NCBI GenBank assembly: GCA_965206675.1
Contig: CBDBKL010000006.1
Coordinates: 75,834 to 139,833, forward strand
Direction of reading: 5' to 3'
DNA: 64,000 bases
DNA from: Bdellovibrionales bacterium
Lineage (GTDB): Bacteria > Bdellovibrionota > Bdellovibrionia > Bdellovibrionales > JAKFYE01
Positions 11,549-20,275 of this stretch are shown in pieces. Made by a program: the position numbers and the translations under genes. Within the stretch, counting starts at the first letter, position 1, and every line of letters starts with the position of its first letter. Below the pieces are notes generated by a model that had not been told where the DNA came from, did no database searches, and saw only the letters and a list, made by a program, of their open reading frames with translations.

Positions 11549-12181
11549 CTAAACTCTGGCATTTTTTAAAATATGCTCAAAGCGTTCTCTAACGTAATTG
11601 TCAGTCCGAGAATCTTTTAAAAACCCTTTATAATAGCGATACCCCAGTACAATGGAATAGATTTGCCATGCCAGGCAAGAGACATCTATGTCTTTTTTAA
11701 AGTGTCCAACATCTATGGCTATCTGAATGGATTTTTCTAGATGGCAAATTAAATCTTTTTGAACACTTTGCACATAATCTCTCAGCATTCCACTCTGACC
11801 ATCTAGCTCAAAGAATGCGGAAATGAGAAGGCTCCCACCCGTCTCTGTTTCTTCGTTATTAACAAATTTAATCCACTTTTCGAAAAAAGCACGCAACCGA
11901 GGTTCTCCGGCACGTTCTTTAAATGCGGGTCTTAAAACTTTTTCAACAAATAAATCTGTAGCCAGTTTCAGGATCATGAGTTGTAAATTATCTTTGGCAT
12001 TGAAATGGGCAAATAACCCACTTTTTGACATTCCCACAACTTTGGCTAGGGTTCCTATAGAGAGTCCTTTTATACCCTCTTTACTGGCCATTTTTATTGC
12101 CGTTTGAAGGATGAGGTCTTTTGTTTTTTCACCTTTTGGGCTACGTGGTATAGGTTCCATATGGACAGACATATAACACAA
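11549..12181 (-). CDS. TetR-family transcriptional regulator
   Basis: N-terminal HTH LILQTAIKMASKEGIKGLSIGTLAKVVGMSKSGLFAHFNAKDNLQL. Sits between ETF-QO and fadE on the same strand, which suggests a fatty-acid-oxidation regulator. Several candidate start Met codons. Confidence 0.85.
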   Translation of the reverse strand: MCYMSVHMEPIPRSPKGEKTKDLILQTAIKMASKEGIKGLSIGTLAKVVGMSKSGLFAHFNAKDNLQLMILKLATDLFVEKVLRPAFKERAGEPRLRAFFEKWIKFVNNEETETGGSLLISAFFELDGQSGMLRDYVQSVQKDLICHLEKSIQIAIDVGHFKKDIDVSCLAWQIYSIVLGYRYYKGFLKDSRTDNYVRERFEHILKNARV

Positions 12182-12270
12182 ATGTCTTACAGATAAAATC
12201 TTCTCACGATACTCTTCTACAGATCAGCCTCAACAATGAAATATTTTTATCTTCTTTGAGCTTTAAGTAA

Positions 12271-12364
12271 GCTCAAACCGAACGGAGGCGTAGTTTTTCC
12301 TACGTCGGAGTGAGTGTTTGAGTGATTGCAACGAAATAGATAATGCTTTTTCAACAGTCCGCAG
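12271..12364. repeat. REP/MITE-like structured repeat, copy A
   Basis: GCTCAAACCGAACGGAGGCGTAGTTTTTCCTACGTCGGAGTGAGTGTTTGAGTGATTGCAACGAAATAGATAATGCTTTTTCAACAGTCCGCAG. Homologous to the copies at 16069 and 16200. Intergenic, between the ETF-QO stop and the TetR start. Confidence 0.8.
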
Positions 12365-12370
12365 TCTATT

Positions 12371-14020
12371 TTACATTTCTTTATACTTAGTCCCACTCCC
12401 CCCCTCCCTCGGGCTCCACTCAGGTCCTAAAACATCTGTAGCTTTGCAGTCCACACAGTTGGGTGCATTGACGACGAGTTTTTCTTCTTTCATTTCATAG
12501 ACCCCTGCGGGGCAAAGGGCAGAATAAAATTCAGCAACTTCTTTGGGGATATCTTTTCCTACTTTAAGATGTTGGGGAATATCATCACGGGTTTTATTTC
12601 CCGATTGATAGACAGCATCGACTTTATTTATTGTTAAATGATTTTTTTCATAGGTGATTTTATTCTTTGTGCACTTAGAAACTTCATCATCACTTTCATG
12701 ATGTTTTATATGGGGAAATACTCCTCCTGTGGCTGTCATAAGGGCTGATTTTAGTCCACCCATGTATAGACCTGATTTGAAGGCTGGCCGCATACTTTTT
12801 ACTTTTTTAAGATCTTTAAAAATAAAACTCTTTTTAATTTTCTCATCGTATTTTTTCAAAGTTTTGGAAGAGGTATCTTTTGCTTGAAGGGCTTCAAAGG
12901 CTATGTCTGCCGCTGTTATTCCAGAAATCATGGCATAGTGAATGCCTTTAAGGGCGGGCACATTGACCATTCCGGCGGCATCACCTGTTATAAGAAGACC
13001 ATCTCCGTGCAGGCGTTGGGGTAGGGAGTAAAACCCTCCTTCAGGAATGGTTTTAGCTCCCCATTCTAAGAGTTCACCATCGGTTAAAAGTTCTGAGAAA
13101 TAAGAATGTGTTTTTAGTGTTTGTAAGAGTTTATGTGTGTCTAAGTTAGATTGTTTGTAGTCCAAGCCGACAACCAAGCCGATAGCGACTTTATTTTTCC
13201 CCATGGGGTAGGCAAAACTTCCTCCAAAGGCATCATTAGGTAGGGGCCATCCCATGGTGTGGATAATTTTTTTTAAATCTGTTTTTACTTTCCATATTTC
13301 TTTAACTCCTAGGGCGTAAATTTGAGGAGCATCGGGTTCAATGGATTGCCACTTCATATAGGCCTGCGTGATGGGACCACGGGTTCCTTCTGAAAGAACA
13401 GTGATTTGTGCTGTAATATCTGTTGCAGGCATGAACTGTGCTGTAGATTGTCCCTCTCTATTTAGACCTGCTGGTGTTGTGCGCACACCTTGCACTTTAT
13501 TATTTTCAACGAGCAAGCTTTCTGCTGGAAAGTTTGTAAATATATTAACTCCTAGAGATTCTGCTTTTTCTCCCAGCCATCTGACCATTTCAGAGAGGCT
13601 TCCGTAGTAGTGGCCGTGGTTTTTCATTGTTGGAGGGGTGGGTATTTTTATTTTTGTTTTTTGATTACGTAGCCAAAGGACATCTTCATCTGTCACTTTT
13701 CCACGAAAAGGAAAGTCATTGTCACTAAGGTTGGGAAAAAGTTTTTGAAATCCGATGGGATTAACGACTGCACCGGAGAGAGTGTGTTCACCGAGGGCTT
13801 CTGCTTTTTCTAGAACGCCGATTTCGATATCCGGAAAATTAGAATTTTGGGATTTTTCTTTTTGCACTTGTTGTGCTAATCGGATGGCACCTGAGAGCCC
13901 TGCGGGCCCTGCTCCTACAAAGAGAACATCAACAGGGACACTTTCTGTATTAGGTTTTTCATTGAGAATAATTTTGGATATGTCAAAAGAGGGTTTAAAT
14001 TGAGAAGGTTTAAATAACAT
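12371..14020 (-). CDS. Electron-transfer flavoprotein:ubiquinone oxidoreductase (ETF-QO)
   Basis: 549 aa. FAD dinucleotide fold DVLFVGAGPAGLSGAIRLAQ, central LITGDAAGMVN, and C-terminal Fe-S region CPAGVYE...NCVDCKATDV...PREGGSGTKY. Confidence 0.9.
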   Translation of the reverse strand: MLFKPSQFKPSFDISKIILNEKPNTESVPVDVLFVGAGPAGLSGAIRLAQQVQKEKSQNSNFPDIEIGVLEKAEALGEHTLSGAVVNPIGFQKLFPNLSDNDFPFRGKVTDEDVLWLRNQKTKIKIPTPPTMKNHGHYYGSLSEMVRWLGEKAESLGVNIFTNFPAESLLVENNKVQGVRTTPAGLNREGQSTAQFMPATDITAQITVLSEGTRGPITQAYMKWQSIEPDAPQIYALGVKEIWKVKTDLKKIIHTMGWPLPNDAFGGSFAYPMGKNKVAIGLVVGLDYKQSNLDTHKLLQTLKTHSYFSELLTDGELLEWGAKTIPEGGFYSLPQRLHGDGLLITGDAAGMVNVPALKGIHYAMISGITAADIAFEALQAKDTSSKTLKKYDEKIKKSFIFKDLKKVKSMRPAFKSGLYMGGLKSALMTATGGVFPHIKHHESDDEVSKCTKNKITYEKNHLTINKVDAVYQSGNKTRDDIPQHLKVGKDIPKEVAEFYSALCPAGVYEMKEEKLVVNAPNCVDCKATDVLGPEWSPREGGSGTKYKEM

Positions 14021-14291
14021 GTTTTCCTCAAAAATTTCTGTTTAGTTCAAAAATTAATATTATACCGTTCGCATTTAAAACTCAGCTAATTTTTTGGATT
14101 TTCTAATCCCATATTTTGCCAATAGTGTCCGAAAATCTATCTCATCAGACGTGTGACTCTGATTTTTTAATTCCAAAGCTGTGCCCCTTTCTTGCTACAT
14201 ATAAAAATAATCAAAAAAGAAAGGCAATATATGTCACACAATACTTATATCAAATTGAGCCAAGATTTAATGTTTAAGACCATACTCTACT

Positions 14292-15191
14292 TTACAATAA
14301 GGAATAAACAGAACAACCCGATATTTCTTCTGCCTTTTTTCCTCCTAAAGCTCTCAAATGTTTTTCTACATTTGGGTAACCTCTTCGAATAGCTTCATCT
14401 AAGGGTGTTTCTTCAAAGATCTTCATTTGTGTTGTTTGACTTATATCAGCCTCAAACTCATGAAGAAGAGATATAGCTAATATATTTCCTATTCTTACAG
14501 CAAGATGTGCAGGGGATGGCTGACCACGTCCCTCCACAGTCGCATTAGGGTCAGCTCCTTTTTCGAGTAAAAGTCTCATTGTAGCAAGACGTTCAGCTTC
14601 CATCATAGTATTGGGGATGCCCATCTCTCCAATACCAGTGCGAGGTGCCAAAACTTCATGTAGAGGAGATCGATATGCCCATTTTCTTTCATAGACATTA
14701 GGCCTAGCACCTGCTTCAAGAAGAAGCTTAACAGTCTTTGAATCTCCAAAAGCCGCCGCTTTACCAAGAAGGGACTGCCCGTATCTATCAACAGCACTAG
14801 GATCAACACCTTCACCAAGTAGTGTTTCCACTATCTCTCTAAAGTGTTTCATATTACGTTCAAAGTGTTTCATTTTCTGCTCAAACGACAAATCATCTCG
14901 ACTCATCATGCTATCTTTAAAAGACTCTTTGCCCTCCACTATATGAGCCCTATTCATAAAAACAATTAAAGCATTTTCTCCGTATTGATTCTTTACCTCA
15001 GCAGGATTTACACCCTCACCTATTAAGTCTTGAAGCTTAAAATCGTGCATTCTTTCAGTCTCTAAGAACAATAAAAGTTCAACTCTCAGATCTCTCTCAG
15101 TGTCTTCATCTGCAAAGACATGGGAAGAAAGAGAAAAGATCACAACACAATAAATCCAAAAAAACTTAAGAGATGTAAGGAACGTTGTCAT
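14292..15191 (-). CDS. Ankyrin-repeat protein with N-terminal signal peptide
   Basis: 299 aa. Leader FFWIYCVVIFSLSSHVFA. ANK repeats include LLEAGARPN and LLEKGADPNATVEGRGQPSPAHLAVRIGNILAISLL. Confidence 0.85.
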   Translation of the reverse strand: MTTFLTSLKFFWIYCVVIFSLSSHVFADEDTERDLRVELLLFLETERMHDFKLQDLIGEGVNPAEVKNQYGENALIVFMNRAHIVEGKESFKDSMMSRDDLSFEQKMKHFERNMKHFREIVETLLGEGVDPSAVDRYGQSLLGKAAAFGDSKTVKLLLEAGARPNVYERKWAYRSPLHEVLAPRTGIGEMGIPNTMMEAERLATMRLLLEKGADPNATVEGRGQPSPAHLAVRIGNILAISLLHEFEADISQTTQMKIFEETPLDEAIRRGYPNVEKHLRALGGKKAEEISGCSVYSLL

Positions 15192-15563
15192 TTATAATAC
15201 CCCCATCTTTATCAAGCTCCTAACTCATGAGTCAGCAGCTTAAACTACATACAAGCCACTGACTTGTCAAAGAAGCTCAGACGTTATTCTAAAAACCCAA
15301 GTTATCTTTATTGGGTTGGGTAAAAGAATACAAGAACTTAAGTTCATTACTCAAAGCATTTATATATAGGGGCCCTCACGCGACACATTATATTATGTCC
15401 TATTTAGTTTTTTATAAAAACTAAGCAAGATCTCAATGTTTTGAAGGTGTCTGTTTGACGGGTTTAGATAAATTATGAGTCATTTTTTATTTATACTCGT
15501 GATTATATAATTCAATGAGTTTCACATCGAAGCACTACAGTAAAATTTGATATTGTTTTCCTC

Positions 15564-15959
15564 TCAATTTTTTTCTTTTTTAAATTGAACGGGAAAGAAT
15601 GCATGGAGGGGTTTTGAAGTACACTCCCCTTTTTCGTTTACCAAATGAATTTGTGTTTTGTCGTCTGCAAATTCACTAATAACCTGTAAGCACATTCCGC
15701 AGGGTGGAGCCATGTTTTCTGTTAATACAACAATTTCAGAAATGGTTTGAAATCCTGAGTGACTGACCATACTGACTATGGCGGAACGTTCAGCACAAAT
15801 TGCAGCTCCATAGCTTCCGTTTTCCACATTACATCCGGAAAAAATCTCGCCCGAATGATTTTTTAGAGCTGCTCCTACAGCATATTGAGAATATGGGGAG
15901 TACGAATTTTTCCGACTCTTCTTTGCAGCTTCGAATAAGTTTTGAATTTCAGAATTCAT
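15564..15959 (-). CDS. cdd: Cytidine deaminase
   Basis: 131 aa with the zinc-ligand motifs CAERSAI and PCGMCLQVISEF, typical of small homotetrameric Cdd. Confidence 0.9.
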   Translation of the reverse strand: MNSEIQNLFEAAKKSRKNSYSPYSQYAVGAALKNHSGEIFSGCNVENGSYGAAICAERSAIVSMVSHSGFQTISEIVVLTENMAPPCGMCLQVISEFADDKTQIHLVNEKGECTSKPLHAFFPVQFKKEKN

Positions 15960-16068
15960 AACAATCTCTCCTTATAAGTGCTATACACATACACAATAGT
16001 ATCTGAATGATAAAGAAGAAAATTTCTAAATGATTAAACTCTTTTGATATAGTTTCCCTCTATGAATG

Positions 16069-16143
16069 TCAGATACGAGGCGTTCAAGCCCAAACCGAAC
16101 GGAGGCGTAGTTTTTCCTACGTCGGAGTGAGGTTTGGGTGATT
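16069..16143. repeat. REP/MITE-like structured repeat, copy B (core only)
   Basis: 75 nt, TCAGATACGAGGCGTTCAAGCCCAAACCGAACGGAGGCGTAGTTTTTCCTACGTCGGAGTGAGGTTTGGGTGATT. Identical to 16200..16274, 131 nt downstream. Confidence 0.85.
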
Positions 16144-16182
16144 ATAGTCAAGTCGATGAAATTTTCTTGATTCGTATTAGGA

Positions 16183-16311
16183 GGACTGTCGAAAAGGTAT
16201 CAGATACGAGGCGTTCAAGCCCAAACCGAACGGAGGCGTAGTTTTTCCTACGTCGGAGTGAGGTTTGGGTGATTGCAACGAAGTAGATGATATCTTTTCG
16301 ACAGTCCGTAG
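16183..16311. repeat. REP/MITE-like structured repeat, copy C with 14-bp terminal inverted repeats
   Basis: Same core as copy B. Flanked by GGACTGTCGAAAAG (16183..16196) and its exact reverse complement CTTTTCGACAGTCC (16294..16307). Confidence 0.8.
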
Positions 16312-16316
16312 AAGAA

Positions 16317-16538
16317 TTAATGAAGAAAATGTTCTTCATTCCTTAAGCGAATATTGCAGGGGGAACACTCGGCTTCTTCAAGGATTTTATGAGTTACATA
16401 TTGACTGTGATGCGATAGCACAAGTTCTGCACCACAAAGAGGGCAATTATTTTGATGTGCAATAAAAAGTTCTTTATCTGTTAGAACATCTTCGAAACTT
16501 TGTGTAAGTTTTTCATGACTACTTTTATTCTTATTCAT
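16317..16538 (-). CDS. Small zinc-ribbon protein (hypothetical)
   Basis: 73 aa with two Cys pairs, CPLCG ... CSPC. No family recognised. The stop codon abuts repeat copy C. Confidence 0.5.
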   Translation of the reverse strand: MNKNKSSHEKLTQSFEDVLTDKELFIAHQNNCPLCGAELVLSHHSQYVTHKILEEAECSPCNIRLRNEEHFLH

Positions 16539-16990
16539 TTCTTAAACACCTCATAATTAATTATCTCCGAAGTTGATTTTCATGCCAAAAAAACAAAAAA
16601 TTACAGGACATTCCTAGAGGTCTCTCTAGGGAAAAACGTCCAACTCGACTGGACTGGCTCAATCATAGATCCAGTTAGAAAAGGTGTGTTAAAGAGGAAC
16701 GTCCAGGCCAGAAGCAAAAAATGAAATACATTTGACGTCTTTGTTCAGTAAGTCGAAGAAACTAAGGCAGGCCTATGCAGCAAAAATTATGATGGTTAAT
16801 TTTTACAAAGTCAGCTTAAAGAGAAATAAATAAAATAGTAATCATGACAGCTTTCTTATTTTCTTTTATTTCTAAAACCCATCTCTAGAGATATACACAT
16901 AAGTGATTACGACTCTTTATTTTTTAGAGAGACTAATCATACTTTAGTTATTCATGATCTTTATAGTCTTTATAAGGCTACGGAGTTGTT

Positions 16991-17671
16991 ATGAAATGTG
17001 TAGGTTTTATTTTTAGTTTTTTGTTCTCTGTTCTATCACATGCACATCCTGTCAGTAACTTAGCTACAGCTATTGAAATGGAACGACTGGATACAGTGCT
17101 AGCTATTATGAGATTTCCCCAAACTGATAGCGAAGTTCTTTCTCAATTTGCACATCTGGCTTTAGACAAACCGGTAATTTTAGAAGTGTTATTAAAAAAT
17201 GGAGCTAATCCTGAAGTGCGAGACCCTCAAACAGGAAAAACACTTTTATTTTCTGCTGTGGAGGGAAAACTTCCAATAAGTGTGGATATACTTCTTAAGT
17301 ATGGTGCTGATCCAAATTCTAGAAACAGTCATCTTCGTGCACAGACTCCCTTTCTTTTAGCGGCATATGATATACAAATGGGAATTAAAAACCGAGATAT
17401 GTTTCTTTCCATGCTTAACAATGGCGCAAACCTAGAGAGCACAACGACTCATGAAAAAAACACAGCACTGCATTTTGTTTCCAGAGATGGGATCTTAAGA
17501 GATGTAAGGTTACTTATCGAAAGAGGGGCCCCAATAAATGCTCAGAACGCGTATGGGTTCACTCCTTTAGACATAGGAGCCTATGAAAACAAAAAGTTTC
17601 TAAAAGCCCATGGCGGCTTAAGAAAAATAGAGTTAAAAAAAGGAAAAGATTCTTCTTTTAAATGCTGGTAG
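16991..17671 (+). CDS. Ankyrin-repeat protein, secreted-family member
   Basis: 226 aa. Leader MKCVGFIFSFLFSVLSHA. Contains LLKNGANPEVRD, LLKYGADPNSRNSHLRAQTPFLLAA and LIERGAPINAQNAYGFTPLDIG. C-terminal tail FKCW. Confidence 0.9.
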   Translation: MKCVGFIFSFLFSVLSHAHPVSNLATAIEMERLDTVLAIMRFPQTDSEVLSQFAHLALDKPVILEVLLKNGANPEVRDPQTGKTLLFSAVEGKLPISVDILLKYGADPNSRNSHLRAQTPFLLAAYDIQMGIKNRDMFLSMLNNGANLESTTTHEKNTALHFVSRDGILRDVRLLIERGAPINAQNAYGFTPLDIGAYENKKFLKAHGGLRKIELKKGKDSSFKCW

Positions 17672-17704
17672 AAATTTCTTTTTTAAGAAACACACAGTCT
17701 CATA

Positions 17705-18424
17705 TCAAGGGTGAGGTAATCTGGGCTGCCAACATTTAAAGGGAACAGGTGATATCTTGCTTGGTAACTTATAATTTTCCATCCCTCCATGAGCTCTAAG
17801 AGGGTATACTATTTCCCCAAATCCATCTCTAAGTGCTTTATCTAAAGGAGTTTGTTTTGACTGATTCAAAGCATTAACATCAGCCCCTCTCTGAATAAGT
17901 ATTTCCACATCAATGGGAACCACGCCTCTTGTAACAATCAAATGTAGCACTGTATCTTGTGTATAAGTCGTTTTACTTTTTACATCTGCATTTTTGTTAA
18001 GCATAGAGATAAACATATAACGATTTTCACGACCCATTCCTATTTTGCTTGCGGCTAAGAGAAAGGGTGTCTGTGCACGAAGATGACTGTTTCTAGAATT
18101 AGAATCAGCACCATATTCAAGGAGCATATACACACTCTCTCTCAATCCTCTTTCCACAGCAGAAAATAAAAGTGTATTTTCTGTACGAGAATGTCTGCTC
18201 TCGGGATCAATTCCTCTGTTAAGAAACACTTCTAACACTTCTGGTTGATCTAAGGCCAGATGCATTAGGCCGGGATATGTTTCCACATCTACATTTCCGG
18301 TTTCAATAATAGATATGACTTGACTTGTATTTCCATTTGCAATGGCTTCAATTAAATTGTTAAAAGGACCTGCCTGCAATACAACAGAGAACAAAAAACT
18401 AAAGACAAAACTCGCAAATTTCAA
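17705..18424 (-). CDS. Ankyrin-repeat protein, close paralog of 16991..17671
   Basis: 239 aa. Leader MKFASFVFSFLFSVVLQA. Contains LLEYGADSNSRNSHLRAQTPFLLAA and LIQRGADVNALNQSKQTPLDKA. The tail contains FKCW. Confidence 0.9.
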   Translation of the reverse strand: MKFASFVFSFLFSVVLQAGPFNNLIEAIANGNTSQVISIIETGNVDVETYPGLMHLALDQPEVLEVFLNRGIDPESRHSRTENTLLFSAVERGLRESVYMLLEYGADSNSRNSHLRAQTPFLLAASKIGMGRENRYMFISMLNKNADVKSKTTYTQDTVLHLIVTRGVVPIDVEILIQRGADVNALNQSKQTPLDKALRDGFGEIVYPLRAHGGMENYKLPSKISPVPFKCWQPRLPHP

Positions 18425-18544
18425 AAGAACTCCTAGTTATCAAATTTCACAAGGTTATAACATAACTGCCGGTTTATCCCTATTAAAAAATTTTCAAAAA
18501 ATATGTGTGACTCTCTTTTTAATATATGATGTAGTTTAAATTCT

Positions 18545-19486
18545 ATGGAACCCATCCCACATATTAAAAATGAAAGTGAGTTGTTTCTTCTAACTCAAAA
18601 ACGAACAACGGAATACATTGCCATGTACTCTTCTTGGTTCAAGGGCATTGTGACAGATCCACAGTATATGATGATCCCTATTGACGACCATATGGTGCAC
18701 AGAGGGGATGGTATTTTTGAAGCTTTGAGATTTAAATACAACCAATTTGTAGAATTTGATGAACACTACGACAGACTACTTCATTCAGCAAAGAGCCTTT
18801 ACTTGGATATCCCTTATTCAAAAGAAACCATTTTTAATATCTGTCAGGAGCTTTTAACATATAAAAACTCAGATAACCCTTTGCTTCGTATTTATGTTTC
18901 AAGGGGTCCGGGTGATTTTACACCTAATCCCAGCACAACATCTGGTCCCCAACTGTATATTGTTCTCACAGAAACGCCCCCACCTCCCGAGGAATTTTAT
19001 GAAAAGGGCTGCACTTTGGGTTTAAGTTCTTTACTCCAAAAACCAAACCCTTATCGAGGAATAAAGAGCTGTAACTATATTCCCAATGTTTTATTAAAAA
19101 AAGAAAGTCTTGAAAGGGGTTTTAATTTCTGTGTGAATTTTTCAGAAGAGGGCAACCTTTGTGAGGGAGCGACCGAAAACATTCTTCTTGTCTCAAAGGA
19201 CAATGAACTTCTTTCTCCACAGATGAAAGACATTCTTCCTGGAACAACATTAAAGCGCATTCTCAAACTTGCCAAACAACTTGTCACGAAGAAAATCTTA
19301 AAAGATGTACAAATGAAAGATATAAAAAAAGAAGAAATCTATTCAGCCAAAGAGATCTTTATGGTAGGAACAACATTTGAAATGTTACCTATCATATCTG
19401 TAGAAGACTCTCCTGTTGGTGATGAAAAGCCTGGGATCATTTACAAAGAGCTTTACACAGCCTTACGAAAGTTCTACACCTCCTAA
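18545..19486 (+). CDS. Class IV (branched-chain / D-amino-acid type) aminotransferase-fold protein
   Basis: 313 aa with HRGDGIFEALRF and GIKSCNYIPNVLLKKE, which match the fold-type IV PLP enzyme signature (RGDGVFE; K..NYL). Substrate not assignable. Confidence 0.75.
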   Translation: MEPIPHIKNESELFLLTQKRTTEYIAMYSSWFKGIVTDPQYMMIPIDDHMVHRGDGIFEALRFKYNQFVEFDEHYDRLLHSAKSLYLDIPYSKETIFNICQELLTYKNSDNPLLRIYVSRGPGDFTPNPSTTSGPQLYIVLTETPPPPEEFYEKGCTLGLSSLLQKPNPYRGIKSCNYIPNVLLKKESLERGFNFCVNFSEEGNLCEGATENILLVSKDNELLSPQMKDILPGTTLKRILKLAKQLVTKKILKDVQMKDIKKEEIYSAKEIFMVGTTFEMLPIISVEDSPVGDEKPGIIYKELYTALRKFYTS

Positions 19487-19568
19487 GTAAAAGTTCAAGA
19501 TAATTTAAGAGAGCCCTACACACAATATAGCAAATAATATCCTACAAAAAGTAAGCTCTATGATAGAT

Positions 19569-19605
19569 GAATCTTTTAAAATGTACATGACATTTTAAAA
19601 GATTC
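19569..19605. terminator. Bidirectional hairpin between convergent genes
   Basis: Perfect 16-bp inverted repeat GAATCTTTTAAAATGT-ACATG-ACATTTTAAAAGATTC, followed by a T-rich run. Lies between the 18545..19486 (+) and 19729..20208 (-) stops. The stem is AT-rich. Confidence 0.5.
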
Positions 19606-19728
19606 TTTTATTTCTTTACGAATTTTAGATCTCTCTTCTTCCTTAAAAAATATACGACTCATATTACAATTAGGTTTCCACACACTCGATTTCTTCTTCT
19701 TCCCCCAGAGGTACAAAACCTTATTTTT

Positions 19729-20208
19729 TTATGAAATCTTTTTTGCCGACAGTGTAAGGTAAAACTCGGCTACGATTTTTTCTTTATCAATCTTAGGAAC
19801 AACGGCATAGGTTTTAAAAGCCTTAGATTGACGCTCTCCTGTGGCAATAGCTTGAGAGATAAGATTTTCAATCCCCTCCCCTTCTTCACAGATAAAATGC
19901 ACATCATCTTCTGGCCGCCTGAGAAATTGTGCCCTTACATCTTTAAAGATAATACTAACCTTGCTCTTTGCCTCTTCAATTTTTGCAAAACCCAGAAGTC
20001 CAATAGCCATATCAGCTCCAATACAAAGTGCTCCAAAGTACATGCTTCCCAAATGGTTTTTAGTTATATAATTAAGTGGAATTTTTAATTCAATGCGCTT
20101 ATCGGACATTTCAATAACTGTTGGTGAGGCTAAAAAAACAAGTGGAATTTTTCTCAAACCCAACAGTCTAAGTTTAGCTGTTTCTCTCCAAAGGTTTTTT
20201 ATCAACAT
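19729..20208 (-). CDS. Hotdog-fold thioesterase-like protein (DUF4442-like)
   Basis: 159 aa. The block IPLNYITKNHLGSMYFGALCIGADMAIGLL resembles the YiiD C-terminal/DUF4442 thioesterase-like family as I remember it. Confidence 0.5.
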   Translation of the reverse strand: MLIKNLWRETAKLRLLGLRKIPLVFLASPTVIEMSDKRIELKIPLNYITKNHLGSMYFGALCIGADMAIGLLGFAKIEEAKSKVSIIFKDVRAQFLRRPEDDVHFICEEGEGIENLISQAIATGERQSKAFKTYAVVPKIDKEKIVAEFYLTLSAKKIS

Positions 20209-20275
20209 AAAAAGCTGCCTTGTTTTTTAATTCTTAAAAATAAAACTTTTATAGTGATGAAGCGAAAATTTTCTT

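Noticed and set aside
14192-14392. 66-aa + strand ORF overlapping the 3' end of the ankyrin gene 14292..15191
   Set aside because: AT-rich low-complexity translation, partly antisense to a supported gene.
16069-16311. The 131-nt tandem repeat considered as a CRISPR array
   Set aside because: There are only two units, and the period and unit length are far too long. There is no short repeat/unique spacer alternation and no cas genes. It fits a REP/MITE-like element better.
16694-16707. GAGGAACGTCCAGG, resembling the universally conserved RNase P RNA GAGGAAAGTCC box
   Set aside because: It has one mismatch in the invariant core. The flanking sequence lacks the other conserved RNase P blocks (for example the ACAGAA.CCGGCTTA-type region) and any plausible P1-P4 pairing. 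It is probably coincidence in an intergenic region that does contain small hairpins.
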